Shown: positions 30,385 to 42,141, counted from the first letter of the stretch. The stretch is DNA of 64,000 nucleotides from Klebsiella pneumoniae (GCA_945878555.1 CAMDWI010000007.1:67698-131697), one strand, 5' to 3'. Notes: generated by a model from the sequence alone, not told the origin. Numbers and translations: made by a program.

Positions 30385-31374
30385 ATGAACTTTATATCTG
30401 ACACTTCCCTGAAGAAAGTCTATCTGGCTCCGATGGCCGGTATTACGGACAAGCCATTCCGTAAACTGTGCCGGAGCATGGGTGCGCACGCCTGTGTATC
30501 AGAGATGACCAGTTCGAATCCGGCGGTGTACCACAGCAGGAAGTCGCAGTTTCGTATGGATATCCTTGATGATGAATCGCCACGGATAGTCCAGATTGCC
30601 GGCGCCGATCCGCAGATGATGGCAGAGGCCGCAATATACAATGTGGAACGTGGGGCTGACATTATCGATATCAATATGGGGTGTCCGGCAAAGAAGGTCT
30701 GTAATGTAATGGCCGGATCCTCGCTGCTGCGTGACGAGCAGCGGGTAGCAAGTATACTTGAATCGGTCGTTAAATCTGTGAGTGTGCCGGTGACGCTGAA
30801 AATCCGTACTGGCTGGGACATACAGACACGTAATGCGCTGACAATCGCGCACATCGCCGAGCAGTCCGGTATACAGCTGCTGACGGTGCATGGGCGTACC
30901 CGCGCCTGCAAATTTAACGGTATTGCCGAACATGACACTGTCGCGGAAATAAAGTCACGCATCGGTATACCCGTGATCGCGAACGGTGATATAAGCTCTC
31001 CACAGGAGGCGTCGCGCATACTGGCTTACACAGGTGCTGATGGTGTGATGATTGGTCGTGCAGCGCTCGGTAACCCGTGGATATTTGCCAGGATACGTGC
31101 CTGGCTGGAAACTGCGACCCTGCCGACGGAGCCCGGGCGAGATGAAATTGGCGCTATCGTGCTTGAACATTTGCAACAGATACACGTTTTTTATGGCGAA
31201 CACACCGGGGTGCGAATTGCCCGCAAGCATATCGGCTGGTATTGCAACAAATTACCCGGATTCGCTTTGTACCAGCCCCTGATTAACAATACAGAAAGCG
31301 CCAGCAGACAGATTCAGCTGGTAGCGGAATACTTCCAGCAGGACTCTGAAACAAACGGGAAAATGGCGGCATGA
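30385..31374 (+). CDS. dusB: tRNA-dihydrouridine synthase B
   Basis: LAPMAGITDKPFR, a TIM-barrel Dus core and the dusB-fis operon arrangement. Confidence 0.85.
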   Translation: MNFISDTSLKKVYLAPMAGITDKPFRKLCRSMGAHACVSEMTSSNPAVYHSRKSQFRMDILDDESPRIVQIAGADPQMMAEAAIYNVERGADIIDINMGCPAKKVCNVMAGSSLLRDEQRVASILESVVKSVSVPVTLKIRTGWDIQTRNALTIAHIAEQSGIQLLTVHGRTRACKFNGIAEHDTVAEIKSRIGIPVIANGDISSPQEASRILAYTGADGVMIGRAALGNPWIFARIRAWLETATLPTEPGRDEIGAIVLEHLQQIHVFYGEHTGVRIARKHIGWYCNKLPGFALYQPLINNTESASRQIQLVAEYFQQDSETNGKMAA

Positions 31375-31655
31375 GATCAGCTAGTCGAAAGAAGAAAAAA
31401 CACGCGGGTAACAGCAGCGGCAATAACTCAAGCAGTCTGGGAGTGCATGTCAGGGAAGTCATGCAAAAGTATTTCAGTGACATGGATGGTCATCAGCCCA
31501 CAGAAGTTTATGAATTAATCCTGTCACAGATTGAAATACCGCTGTTTGAGACCGTCCTTGATTATACCGATGGCAATGTCTCGCGGGCAGCCGAGATCCT
31601 CGGTCTGAACAGGGGCACATTCCGCAATCGTCTCAGAAAGTACGATATGCAGTAA
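31371..31655 (+). CDS. fis: DNA-binding protein Fis
   Basis: 94 aa ending in the HTH GNVSRAAEILGLNRGTFRNRLRKY. The ATGA start overlaps the dusB stop. Confidence 0.9.
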   Translation: MRSASRKKKKHAGNSSGNNSSSLGVHVREVMQKYFSDMDGHQPTEVYELILSQIEIPLFETVLDYTDGNVSRAAEILGLNRGTFRNRLRKYDMQ

Positions 31656-31716
31656 GCTGCATATATAATCGCGTAAATCCAGCCAACGCAGTATCAAACC
31701 GGAGGTAGTCAGTTCA

Positions 31717-33279
31717 ATGTCCGTAGTAAAACGTGCGCTCGTCAGTGTTTCCAACAAGACCGGAATTATCGATTTTTGCAGGGAGCTGCAGGATCTTGGT
31801 ATTACGATTTTATCCACCGGCGGAACAGCCAGCCTGTTACAGAAACAGGGCATCAGTGTCACCGATGTCTCTGATTACACAGGTTTTCCCGAAATGATGG
31901 ACGGGCGGGTCAAGACGCTGCATCCAAAAATTCATGGTGGTCTGCTGGGCAGATCCGGCAAGGACGATGCAGTAATGAAGGAACACGGTATCGAGGCTAT
32001 CGATCTGGTGGTGGTCAACCTGTATCCATTTGAAGCGACCGTCAGCCGCCCGGACTGTACTCTGGAAGAGGCCATTGAAAATATCGATATTGGCGGCCCG
32101 ACCATGATCCGCTCGGCCGCAAAGAATCATGCCCGTGTCGGCGTGGTGGTCGACACAGCAGACTATGAGAGTGTGTTGACCGAGCTGAAACAGAACCATT
32201 GCAGCCTCAGTGATGCCACACGTTTCCGACTCGCCAAGAAGGTATTCTCACATACGGCCAGCTATGATGGTGCCGTATCGAACTACCTCGGTAATATCGT
32301 CAGCGAGGGCAAATATCAGGACTTCCCGGATACTTTCACGATGCAGTTTCGCAAGGCCCAGGACTTGCGTTACGGCGAAAACCCGCACCAGTCTGCCGCC
32401 TTCTACCGGGATCACAACAGTCCGGCCGGCACGCTGGCCAGCGCCCGGCAATTACAGGGCAAGGAACTGTCCTACAACAATATTGCCGATACCGACGCGG
32501 CACTAGAATGTGTACTCGGTATGGAAGGACCAGCCTGTGTCATTGTCAAACATGCCAACCCATGTGGTGTTGCAGAGTCGGATAATATCCTGGATGCCTA
32601 TGAGAAGGCTTACGAGACCGATCCGGTCTCTGCCTTTGGTGGCATAATTGCATTCAATCGCAAACTCGATGCCGAAACCGCACGCGTTATTATTGATCGC
32701 CAGTTTGTCGAGGTCATCATTGCCCCTGAACTGGAAGAGGGAGTACTTGCCGTGACCGGGGCCAAACAGAATATCCGGGTGATGGTCAGCGGTTATCGTG
32801 ATACACCGATCAGGCAGCTCGAATTGAAACGGGTCAGTGGTGGCCTGCTGATCCAGGACAGCGATACCGGCATCATCAAACCTGCCGACCTGAAGATAGT
32901 TACCCGACGCAAACCGACCCCCCAGGAACTGACTGATCTGTTGTTTACCTGGCACGTGGCCAAATTTGTGAAATCGAATGCCATCGTCTATGGCAAGGAT
33001 CGGCGCACTATTGGTATCGGGGCAGGGCAGATGAGCCGCGTCTACAGCGCACGGATTGCAGCCATCAAGGCAGACGATGGCGGTCTTGAGGTTACGGGTT
33101 CGGTCATGGCCTCGGATGCCTTCTTCCCATTCAGAGATGGCATTGATTCCGCGGCGAAAGCCGGCATCGTAGCCGTGATCCAGCCAGGCGGCTCGGTCCG
33201 GGACGAAGAGGTTATCGCGGCCGCTGATGAGCATGGCATGGCAATGGTATTTACCGGCATGCGCCATTTCAGACACTGA
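31717..33279 (+). CDS. purH: bifunctional AICAR transformylase / IMP cyclohydrolase
   Basis: 520 aa. MGS-like N-terminal domain ([12 protein letters not shown]) and AICARFT C-terminal domain. Confidence 0.9.
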   Translation: MSVVKRALVSVSNKTGIIDFCRELQDLGITILSTGGTASLLQKQGISVTDVSDYTGFPEMMDGRVKTLHPKIHGGLLGRSGKDDAVMKEHGIEAIDLVVVNLYPFEATVSRPDCTLEEAIENIDIGGPTMIRSAAKNHARVGVVVDTADYESVLTELKQNHCSLSDATRFRLAKKVFSHTASYDGAVSNYLGNIVSEGKYQDFPDTFTMQFRKAQDLRYGENPHQSAAFYRDHNSPAGTLASARQLQGKELSYNNIADTDAALECVLGMEGPACVIVKHANPCGVAESDNILDAYEKAYETDPVSAFGGIIAFNRKLDAETARVIIDRQFVEVIIAPELEEGVLAVTGAKQNIRVMVSGYRDTPIRQLELKRVSGGLLIQDSDTGIIKPADLKIVTRRKPTPQELTDLLFTWHVAKFVKSNAIVYGKDRRTIGIGAGQMSRVYSARIAAIKADDGGLEVTGSVMASDAFFPFRDGIDSAAKAGIVAVIQPGGSVRDEEVIAAADEHGMAMVFTGMRHFRH

Positions 33280-33283
33280 TACG

Positions 33284-34579
33284 ATGAAAGTCCTGATCGT
33301 AGGTAGTGGAGGCAGGGAACATGCGCTGGCATGGAAAGTAGCACAGTCCCCCGGCGTTGAAATCGTTTATGTCGCACCGGGTAATGCCGGTACCGCTGTT
33401 GAGACCGGAGTCAGTAACGTACCAATTGCCGCTGAAGATACCGCAGCCCTTATCCGCTTTGCACAACAACAGTCCATTGGACTGACCATTATCGGACCGG
33501 AAGGGCCGCTGGTTAGCGGCATCGTGGATGCGTTCTCGGCGGCCGGTCTGCCCTGTTTTGGTCCACGCAAAAACTCGGCCGTTCTGGAAGCTTCCAAGTC
33601 ATTCACGAAGGATTTTCTCAGTCGCCACAAGATCCCCACGGCGGCTTATCAGGTCTTTACCGATCTGGACCAGGCAATTAACTATATCAAAGGCCATGAA
33701 ATTCCGGTCGTTATCAAGGCGGACGGTCTGGCCGCAGGCAAGGGTGTCGTAGTCGCGGTCAACGAGCAACAGGCTCTCGATGCCGTCACCGATATGTTAC
33801 AGGCAAACAAGTTCGGTGATGCCGGTCATCGTGTCGTCATTGAAGAATTTCTGACCGGAGAAGAGGCCAGTTTTATCGTCATGGTCGATGGCGAGAACAT
33901 TCTGCCTATGGCCACGTCGCAGGACCACAAGGCACGCGACCAGGGGGATCTAGGTCCGAATACCGGCGGGATGGGCGCCTATTCGCCTGCACCGGTCATC
34001 ACGCCTGAACTGCATGACAGGATTCTCGCCGAGGTCATACGTCCTACGGTTAATGGCATGAAAATGGAAGGCAGGACCTATACCGGATTTCTGTATGCTG
34101 GACTGATGATTTCGCCCGAAGGCAAGATACGTGTGCTGGAGTACAACTGCCGGTTTGGTGACCCTGAAACCCAACCGATCATGATGCGTCTACAAAGCGA
34201 CCTGGCTGAACTGTGTCTGCAGGCACTTGCAGGCAAACTGGATCAGGCCACGGTGACCTGGGACAAACGACCGGCCCTTGGTATCGTCGCCGCAGCGGGC
34301 GGTTATCCCGACACACCACGCAAGGGAGATGTGATCAGTGGGCTCGACAGTCAGTTTGGTCCTGACGTAAAGGTCTTTCATGCCGGTACTACCTTGCGCG
34401 ACAACGACGCGATCACCTCGGGTGGCAGGGTACTTTGTATCACCGCGCTGGGGAATACCGTAACTCAGGCACAACAGTCTGCCCTGGCGGCCATCCGCCA
34501 TATCACCTGGGACGGCATGTTTTATCGCGACGATATAGGCTATCGTGCCATCGCCAGAGAGACCACACAAAAAGGTTAA
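33284..34579 (+). CDS. purD: phosphoribosylamine-glycine ligase
   Basis: Starts [18 protein letters not shown], with an ATP-grasp body. Start set at the internal Met matching the PurD N-terminus. Confidence 0.9.
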   Translation: MKVLIVGSGGREHALAWKVAQSPGVEIVYVAPGNAGTAVETGVSNVPIAAEDTAALIRFAQQQSIGLTIIGPEGPLVSGIVDAFSAAGLPCFGPRKNSAVLEASKSFTKDFLSRHKIPTAAYQVFTDLDQAINYIKGHEIPVVIKADGLAAGKGVVVAVNEQQALDAVTDMLQANKFGDAGHRVVIEEFLTGEEASFIVMVDGENILPMATSQDHKARDQGDLGPNTGGMGAYSPAPVITPELHDRILAEVIRPTVNGMKMEGRTYTGFLYAGLMISPEGKIRVLEYNCRFGDPETQPIMMRLQSDLAELCLQALAGKLDQATVTWDKRPALGIVAAAGGYPDTPRKGDVISGLDSQFGPDVKVFHAGTTLRDNDAITSGGRVLCITALGNTVTQAQQSALAAIRHITWDGMFYRDDIGYRAIARETTQKG

Positions 34580-34832
34580 TAATAATAAGCTTAGGGTTTC
34601 ATACCTAAAGCATAACCTCATCAATATCCGGGCCATACCTGTCTGCAGGTGTGGCCCATTTCTGTGAAATTTATGCAGGATTTCCGCTATTAGATTTGGA
34701 TTTGACCGGTTTCCATAGCATAATTGCCGCTATTGGGGATGATAAGTAGCGGATGACCTGACACAGCATTACCTTTGAAACACCAGGAATTCATAATCAA
34801 ATTCATACTGATGCAAATCATGAGGAGACAAC

Positions 34833-35156
34833 ATGGCTAAGACAGTTTCTACCAAACAAACAAAATCCCAGATCTTGAGCAGCCTTGCTGATGAGACAGG
34901 ACTATCCAAAAAAGAAGTGACCGCCGTACTTGATGGTCTCGCCAAACTTTCCCAGGCACATCTGAAGAAAGGTGGTTCAGGCGAATTTTCCGTACCCGGT
35001 CTTGGCATCAAATTGCGCAGGGTCATCAAGCCCGCACGTGAAGCCAGAAAAGGGACTAATCCGTTTACCGGTGAGGAAATCATGATTAAGGCCAAGCCTG
35101 CTGTCACCAGCGTCAAGGCCACTGCACTGAAGGCGTTAAAAGACGCGGTTGCCTGA
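34833..35156 (+). CDS. HU-family DNA-binding protein with a Lys-rich N-terminal extension
   Basis: 107 aa. LSKKEVTAVLDGL...GEFSVPGLGIKLRRV...RKGTNPFTGEEIMIKAKPAVT aligns to the HU/IHF fold. Followed by a strong terminator. Confidence 0.75.
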   Translation: MAKTVSTKQTKSQILSSLADETGLSKKEVTAVLDGLAKLSQAHLKKGGSGEFSVPGLGIKLRRVIKPAREARKGTNPFTGEEIMIKAKPAVTSVKATALKALKDAVA

Positions 35157-35180
35157 TCTCTCTTGCAGCTGAAGTATGTT

Positions 35181-35214
35181 AAAGGCCGTTCTGAACGAAC
35201 GGCCTTTTTTATTT
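35181..35214 (+). terminator. rho-independent terminator after the HU-family gene
   Basis: AAAGGCCGTTC-tgaac-GAACGGCCTTT followed by TTTTATTT. Confidence 0.65.
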
Positions 35215-35848
35215 ACCAGGCCAGGAAGTTGGACAACAACTGTAAACCGGCGCGCTGACTCTTCTCTGGATGGAATTGAACTGCAAACAGATTATCCCTG
35301 GCTATCGCACAGGTGAAATCCACCATATAGGAAGTTGTTGCGGCGGTCACGATATTACTGTCTGGCTTCACATAATAACTGTGGACAAAATAGAACCGTT
35401 CCCCTGAGGGTATACCTTTCCATAAAGGATGTGGCTGCACCTGATCCACATTGTTCCAGCCCATATGCGGTATCTTGTACCGATTCCCTGCCGCATCCAC
35501 CCTGCCGTCCGGAAAACGCACCACACGCCCGGGAATTACACCCAGACCGTCTGTACCATTGTCTTCCTCACTGAATTCGAGCAATGATTGCAAACCGAGA
35601 CACAGCCCCAGAAACGGCTTGTTTTGCAAGGCCAGCAACAGCGGCTCGACCAGATTTTTTTCCTTAAGGGCATCCATACATTGCCGTATTGCACCTTGTC
35701 CCGGGAATACAATGCGATCTGCCTTCTGTATCTGTTCGGCAGTTGAGCAAACACTGATCCGGTGTCTGGATTCAGACACATGTTCAAGTGCCTTGACCAC
35801 CGAGCGCAGGTTACTCGCACCATAATCAATGACTGCTACTGATTTCAT
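35213..35848 (-). CDS. hisH: imidazole glycerol phosphate synthase, glutamine amidotransferase subunit
   Basis: 211 aa class I GATase. Begins MKSVAVIDYGASNLRSVVKALE, with the GLCLGLQ catalytic Cys motif. Confidence 0.85.
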   Translation of the reverse strand: MKSVAVIDYGASNLRSVVKALEHVSESRHRISVCSTAEQIQKADRIVFPGQGAIRQCMDALKEKNLVEPLLLALQNKPFLGLCLGLQSLLEFSEEDNGTDGLGVIPGRVVRFPDGRVDAAGNRYKIPHMGWNNVDQVQPHPLWKGIPSGERFYFVHSYYVKPDSNIVTAATTSYMVDFTCAIARDNLFAVQFHPEKSQRAGLQLLSNFLAW

Positions 35849-35868
35849 GACCGTCGGGCTCTTCTGGC

Positions 35869-36465
35869 TTACAAGGTACCCTTGGTGGATGGCATGATAC
35901 CTTCCATGCGCGGGTCACGTTCGACCGCCATGCGCAGCGCCCTGCCGAAGGCCTTGAAGATGGTTTCTGCAATATGGTGGGCATTCCGGCCACGGATATT
36001 GTCGATATGCAGGGTCACATTGGCATGATTGACGAAACCCTGGAAAAATTCGTAGATCAGGTCGATATCAAAATCGCCTACACGCGCACGCGGATAATCG
36101 ACATGGTATTCAATACCTGGACGGCCAGAACAATCGAGTACGACACGCGACAGGGCCTCGTCCAGTGGCACATAGGCATGACCATAACGATATATACCCT
36201 TCTTGTCACCCAGTGCCCTGGTGACCGCCTGGCCCAGTGTGATACCAACATCCTCAACCGTATGATGCGCGTCAATCTCAAGGTCACCCGTGGCGTTGAC
36301 GGTCAGGTCTATCATGCCGTGGCGTGCAATCTGATCCAGCATATGCTCAAGAAAGGGTACCCCGATCTTCAGCTGCGACTGACCGGTCCCGTCCAGGTTT
36401 ACCTCCACCGCAATGCTGGTTTCCTTCGTCTCGCGTTTTACCACAGCTGTTCTTTTGTTTGACAT
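35869..36465 (-). CDS. hisB: imidazoleglycerol-phosphate dehydratase
   Basis: 198 aa. The IGPD family body is present. Confidence 0.85.
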   Translation of the reverse strand: MSNKRTAVVKRETKETSIAVEVNLDGTGQSQLKIGVPFLEHMLDQIARHGMIDLTVNATGDLEIDAHHTVEDVGITLGQAVTRALGDKKGIYRYGHAYVPLDEALSRVVLDCSGRPGIEYHVDYPRARVGDFDIDLIYEFFQGFVNHANVTLHIDNIRGRNAHHIAETIFKAFGRALRMAVERDPRMEGIMPSTKGTL

Positions 36466-36528
36466 CGATCAATATCCGCACAATTCAAGTTTGGTTACAA
36501 TAACATATGATGCAGTAAATGTTATTAA

Positions 36529-37485
<957 letters not shown>

Positions 37486-37572
37486 TACGGCTGCGATTCT
37501 GCATCTCCCTTGAGTATAAGGCAGGGAATGAGCGACGGGCGCTTTTATTCGGCTTCGATTAGGCACCGCTCG

Positions 37573-37674
37573 GTAGTCCGGTATGGTCGTTCAAGACACG
37601 CCGTAAATACATCCATGTAGGCTCGGGTGCCGCATCCCTGCGGCACACGGTCTTTCACAACCATACCGGACTAC
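37573..37674. repeat. structured intergenic repeat, copy 2 (A orientation)
   Basis: Core cgttcaagacacgccgtaaatacatccatgtaggctcgggtgccgcatccctgcggcacacggtctttcaca. Flanked by a perfect 15-bp inverted repeat, gtagtccggtatggt / accataccggactac. Lies downstream of hemF. Confidence 0.7.
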
Positions 37675-37712
37675 CTCTTCAGTACTGTGAGTACTTTGCT
37701 ATCCGGGTGATT

Positions 37713-38150
37713 CTAGGTCTGTAGCCAGAAGGTTACCGGACCATCATTTACGAGATGCACCTGCATGTCGGCTCCAAACTGGCCGGTACCGACTTTTGTG
37801 TATTTCAGCCTGGCCTGTTGCAGCAGATAGTCAAACAACTCGCGGCCCAGATCGGGTGGTGCGGCGGTACTGAAACCGGGGCGCGTGCCCTTGCGGGTAT
37901 CGGCGGGCAGGGTAAACTGGGGTACAAGTAACAAACCACCCTGAATATCAGTCAGGGCCAGATTCATCCTGTCGTTGGCATCAGCAAAGATTCGGTATCC
38001 CAACATGCGTTCAAGCAAACGGTCAGCCTTCGCGGGTGTGTCGTGTTTTTCTACACCTATCAGGGCGCAAATGCCCTGCTCTATACTGGCGATAGTCTGC
38101 TGGTTGACTACCACCCGGGCCTGGCTGACCCGTTGAATCAGGCCTATCAC
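37713..38150 (-). CDS. dtd: D-aminoacyl-tRNA deacylase
   Basis: 145 aa. MIGLIQRVSQARVVV...SGPVTFWLQT aligns to the E. coli Dtd termini. Confidence 0.85.
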   Translation of the reverse strand: MIGLIQRVSQARVVVNQQTIASIEQGICALIGVEKHDTPAKADRLLERMLGYRIFADANDRMNLALTDIQGGLLLVPQFTLPADTRKGTRPGFSTAAPPDLGRELFDYLLQQARLKYTKVGTGQFGADMQVHLVNDGPVTFWLQT

Positions 38151-38174
38151 CTGGCGATGCTACGCGGGGTCAAA

Positions 38175-38330
38175 TCAGGGGAGCATACCCAGGTAATCAA
38201 GGATATTCACTGCAAAAAGCGCGACAGCAGCGGCAAGCACGGCCCACTCCATATTGCGTCTCGCCAAAAATCCGGTGAAATGCAGGATCAGTACGATGAT
38301 GGAAAGAATATAAACTATGTAAAAAATCAT
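38175..38330 (-). CDS. possible small hydrophobic protein (51 aa), not in the ORF track
   Basis: Minus-strand ORF MIFYIVYILSIIVLILHFTGFLARRNMEWAVLAAAVALFAVNILDYLGMLP. A GAGGG ribosome-binding site sits 6 nt before the ATG. It has two predicted TM helices and lies directly upstream of dtd on the same strand. No homology evidence. Confidence 0.3.
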   Translation of the reverse strand: MIFYIVYILSIIVLILHFTGFLARRNMEWAVLAAAVALFAVNILDYLGMLP

Positions 38331-38489
38331 AACTTACCCTCGTGGGTGTCGATTGATTAATTATTATTATAGGTACTGCCTGCCTGATAATTCAGCCTGT
38401 CTAATCAATGGTATCCAGTTACTTACGATACCTGCCAAATTACAAGCGCCTGTAATATATAACATTTACCGGGGTTCTGCCAGACACAA

Positions 38490-39149
38490 TCACCTGCGCA
38501 ATGTCCGCACAGATTGATCATCAGCTACCAGCAGGATATCGGCCGGTCGACGGGCAAACAAACCGTTGGTCACGACGCCGGTTATCTGGTTCAGTTGCGA
38601 CTCCAGTTCGACTGGATTCAATATACTCAGATTATGCACGTCGAGGATGATATTGCCGTTATCGGTAATAAACCCTTCGCGGAGGATCGGTTTGCCGCCC
38701 AGCCGTGCGATGCTCCGTGCCACGTGGCTGCGGGCCATCGGAATCACCTCAACCGGCAGTGGAAACTTGCCTAATATATCAACGACCTTGGAATCATCGA
38801 CGATGCAGACGAAAGTCTTGCTGACAGCGGCCACAATCTTTTCCCGGGTCAGGGCACCACCGCCGCCCTTGATCAATTGCAGGTGACGGGTTGTTTCATC
38901 GGCTCCGTCTACATAGACCGGCACCTCATCTACACTGTTCAGGTCCAGAACCGGGATATGGTGCCTGCGCATCAACTCTTCCGAGGCCTTTGAACTGGAG
39001 ACCCCGCCTTCAATGCGGTGTTTGATCGTGGCGAGATAATTGATGAAATGGTTCACTGTACTGCCCGTACCCACACCAACGATCATATTGTCCTCAATAT
39101 ATTCGAGTGCCGCCTTCGCTACTGCCTGCTTCTTTTCATCTGCTGTCAT
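38490..39149 (-). CDS. rpiA: ribose-5-phosphate isomerase A
   Basis: Starts [32 protein letters not shown] and continues as the RpiA family body. Start set at the internal Met matching the RpiA length. Confidence 0.85.
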   Translation of the reverse strand: MTADEKKQAVAKAALEYIEDNMIVGVGTGSTVNHFINYLATIKHRIEGGVSSSKASEELMRRHHIPVLDLNSVDEVPVYVDGADETTRHLQLIKGGGGALTREKIVAAVSKTFVCIVDDSKVVDILGKFPLPVEVIPMARSHVARSIARLGGKPILREGFITDNGNIILDVHNLSILNPVELESQLNQITGVVTNGLFARRPADILLVADDQSVRTLRR

Positions 39150-39236
39150 TTGTGAACCTCTGGTCTGCCCCGATAGTATTTTTGAAATTTTCAGGCCGGC
39201 AGGCAAAGTCTCCCGACACAGCTGACATTAAACATG

Positions 39237-40046
39237 TTACCCCTCTCGTTTACGCAGCAATTTCTCCGAGATATCAAATGAGTTCTGATCATCCACATCT
39301 ATCGGACCGAAATCATACGGAAGGAAAACCGCTGCCACCTTGACCCCGAAGCCCTTGCCGATGCGACGTACCATACCGTCTATTGTGATCATTTTCAGTT
39401 TGTAGAGCAGGAACGATATCAGTCCGAATGCCTTGAGAATGCGAATATGGCGCTTGCCGAACTGGCCACCGCCGCGAAATACCTCCACGGTCTTCAGTGC
39501 GTTCCGATCCTTTAGCGAATACAGGTTACAGGAGGAGAATCCGCCGTCCTTCAGCCGGTGAAACGCCTTGGCGGCCTCGGGCAAGGTGGCAACAACCACT
39601 TCCTCACGGGTGATGCCACAGGAGACGTCGGCACGATTGGTTTCGGCACCGTCGATAAAATCGCGCACGATATCCGGCGTATGCAAGGCATTGTCACCGG
39701 TAGTAATCATGATTGGCCAGTCTGTGTCCGGGATCTGTTCCGCTGCGGCGAGTACACTGTCGGTCAGGGAGTTGCGTGCGGAAACAGTACTGACTGAGCC
39801 GTTCGCCAGCCAACCTGATATTTTAGTATTTGTTCGCAGCACCTGCGGATCATCAATCGACACATACACATGTTTACAGCGGCCACTTTGCAGTACGGCC
39901 TCAATGACCCGTTCAAGCATGGGCCGCCCGTTAATCGGCGCCAGACATTTGTGGGTCACACCAGCCGCCCTGGCCAGCGGGTCGAGGATACCGGGCCTTC
40001 TGGCAGCCAGTACCAGGGCGCTGTATTGTAATTTCGAACCTTGCAT
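39237..40046 (-). CDS. MobA-like NTP-transferase family protein (nucleotidyltransferase of unknown specificity)
   Basis: 269 aa. The N-terminal ALVLAARRPGILDPLARAAGVTHKCLAPINGRPMLERVIE matches the nucleotidyl-transferase fold of the MobA/MocA/CofC type. The C-terminal half is not conserved. Confidence 0.55.
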   Translation of the reverse strand: MQGSKLQYSALVLAARRPGILDPLARAAGVTHKCLAPINGRPMLERVIEAVLQSGRCKHVYVSIDDPQVLRTNTKISGWLANGSVSTVSARNSLTDSVLAAAEQIPDTDWPIMITTGDNALHTPDIVRDFIDGAETNRADVSCGITREEVVVATLPEAAKAFHRLKDGGFSSCNLYSLKDRNALKTVEVFRGGGQFGKRHIRILKAFGLISFLLYKLKMITIDGMVRRIGKGFGVKVAAVFLPYDFGPIDVDDQNSFDISEKLLRKREG

Positions 40047-40074
40047 GGGCTTGTTTAATGCTCCCGAGGGTGGA

Positions 40075-41499
40075 TTAGGATGCCTGCAAGTTTACTGCAA
40101 AACACCGGCTCATGTCGCTGGCCAGTGTCAAGGTGTGAAAGTCGCGCAAGGCCTGTTTCAAGGCCATGGCCTGTGTGTTATCAAGCAGACCCTGCACACA
40201 GGCATCGTACTTTTCCCAGTACTCTGCAATTGTAAATGGTGCGGTGATACTGCCTCTCGGCATCCGGGCTGTCAGCATGTATTGTCTGCCATCCGTGGTC
40301 AGTACGGTCAGCCGGGTGGGGAATTCGCTTTCGAGCTTGTCTACCGGGCGCAACTGGATCCGGTTGAAGTACATCCTCAGTTCCGGTCTCGCCACGGCCT
40401 CGTCAGTAAAGTCCTGCAGTCCGCAATAACCTGTTGCAAGCAGACAGGCAAGTGCATACTGCATTGAGAACTTCGCCTCCAGACCGTTCACAGGTTTATG
40501 GTAAAACAGGTTGTCCAGATGAGATTTGGGTGCCTCAACGATGATGGTAATAACACTGTCAGGGCTGATTGGATTGGTCTGTAGTATCTCCAGCAATAAA
40601 TCCATAGCCCGATGGGCACTGCCACAGTTTGGAAACCGTTTTACCCGGAAACCGTATTCGGTAATGTGCAGCGGTTCGCCAATATTTCCGGTTTCAAATG
40701 TCAGCGTCTGACCATGTTCAGTACCGGTTAATCCCTTTCTCAGTTCGTCACGATCCGGTCCCACCATCAATGTATTCATGCCGGTCGGACCATCAAGCGT
40801 GTGTTTACCCGCCTTCATACCATTCTGTGCCAGTGCAGCGGCCACCACGCCACCTTTCGCGGCGAGGCCGGCATGTAAAGATTTTGCCATCGAGCCAAAC
40901 TGGGACATAAATCCGGACGACATGCTGCTGGCCAGAGACAAGGCATGTGCGCTCTGTGTGGCATCCAGCTTCAGCAAGCGGGCACATGCGGCGGCGGCGC
41001 CAAACACGCCAACGGTAGCCGTTGCATGCCAGCCGCGATTACGATGAACCGGATTCACACCCTGGCCCACCCTGCCCATGATCTGCAGACCGACAATATA
41101 GGCATCCAGCACATCCATACCTGAAATTTCATGCGTATCTGCCAGTGCAAGTATGGCGGGATAGAGGACAGCTGAGGCATGCGCCTTGGGTGGGTCAAAA
41201 TTATCATCAAAATCGAGAGCATGGGCAGCAGTGCCGTTCACGAGCGCGGCCCAGGGAGCGGCAAACCTGTCAGTTGCACCGATAATATTGGCACCACTAT
41301 CAGTACCACCCCAGGATCGTACTGTCGCCAGTGCAATCCTGGCGGAGGGTTCGATCGCGCCTGGTATCATCACCGCGATCGTGTCAATCAACTGACGGTG
41401 GGCGCTCTCGTATGCCGCATGACTCCATTCAACCGGGCAATTTGCTATCCATTCGCCATAGGCATCAACGACATTGACGGGGGCAGATTCTGTACTCAT
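40075..41499 (-). CDS. MmgE/PrpD family protein (2-methylcitrate dehydratase / cis-aconitate decarboxylase superfamily)
   Basis: 474 aa. The PrpD-like N- and C-domains are recognisable, including WGGTDSGANIIG and HALDFDDNF. Confidence 0.75.
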   Translation of the reverse strand: MSTESAPVNVVDAYGEWIANCPVEWSHAAYESAHRQLIDTIAVMIPGAIEPSARIALATVRSWGGTDSGANIIGATDRFAAPWAALVNGTAAHALDFDDNFDPPKAHASAVLYPAILALADTHEISGMDVLDAYIVGLQIMGRVGQGVNPVHRNRGWHATATVGVFGAAAACARLLKLDATQSAHALSLASSMSSGFMSQFGSMAKSLHAGLAAKGGVVAAALAQNGMKAGKHTLDGPTGMNTLMVGPDRDELRKGLTGTEHGQTLTFETGNIGEPLHITEYGFRVKRFPNCGSAHRAMDLLLEILQTNPISPDSVITIIVEAPKSHLDNLFYHKPVNGLEAKFSMQYALACLLATGYCGLQDFTDEAVARPELRMYFNRIQLRPVDKLESEFPTRLTVLTTDGRQYMLTARMPRGSITAPFTIAEYWEKYDACVQGLLDNTQAMALKQALRDFHTLTLASDMSRCFAVNLQAS

Positions 41500-41520
41500 A
41501 GGCTAGTCCGTGTAATACGA

Positions 41521-41979
41521 TCATTCAAGACCGAGTATATAGTTCCATTCATCAGGGCTGACCGGCATGACCGACAACCGGCTCCCTTTCTGCAATAACT
41601 TCATGTTACTCAGGGCCTTATGTTCTCGCAATTCATTCAGGGTAATGATACGTTTAAACTGTTTTTTAAATTTCACATCGACCAGATACCAGGTCGGCTT
41701 GTCAGTCCGGCTTTTCGGATCGTAATGAATATGCTTTTTATCCAGGGCGGTCGGGTCCGGTCGCGCCGCATCTCTGACAGCCATGATTCCCGCAATGCCG
41801 GGTACCTCGCAGTTCGAATGATAAAAAAATGCCAGGTCACCGGCACGCATGTCGTCACGGATAAAGTTTCTGGCCTGATAATTCCGGATGCCATCCCAGG
41901 GTTCGGTCCTGTCGGGACGGTTTTTCAGATCACTGATACTGAATACGTCGGGTTCTGACTTCATCAGCCAATAATTCAT
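41521..41979 (-). CDS. EVE (PUA-like) domain protein
   Basis: MNYWLMKSEPDVFSISDL...GIAGIMAV...WYLVDVKF is typical of EVE domain proteins. Start set at MNYWLMK. Confidence 0.75.
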   Translation of the reverse strand: MNYWLMKSEPDVFSISDLKNRPDRTEPWDGIRNYQARNFIRDDMRAGDLAFFYHSNCEVPGIAGIMAVRDAARPDPTALDKKHIHYDPKSRTDKPTWYLVDVKFKKQFKRIITLNELREHKALSNMKLLQKGSRLSVMPVSPDEWNYILGLE

Positions 41980-42141
41980 CTGTGTCTGATCACTCTTACG
42001 TTTTTTCAGGTGCTGGATTAATCGCCATCGTCCCGGACTGGCATCAGTGATATGGCAGCAGATAATAAGTTGTAATCTGTTTATACACAACGGGGAAAAA
42101 CCCTTACAGGCGAACACATCGCCTGTAAGGTATATTTAGGA

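Noticed and set aside
38043-38360. 105-aa plus-strand ORF overlapping the start of dtd
   Set aside because: It overlaps a well-supported gene on the opposite strand, has no ribosome-binding site, and has low-complexity composition. The antisense small ORF is a better explanation for the gap.
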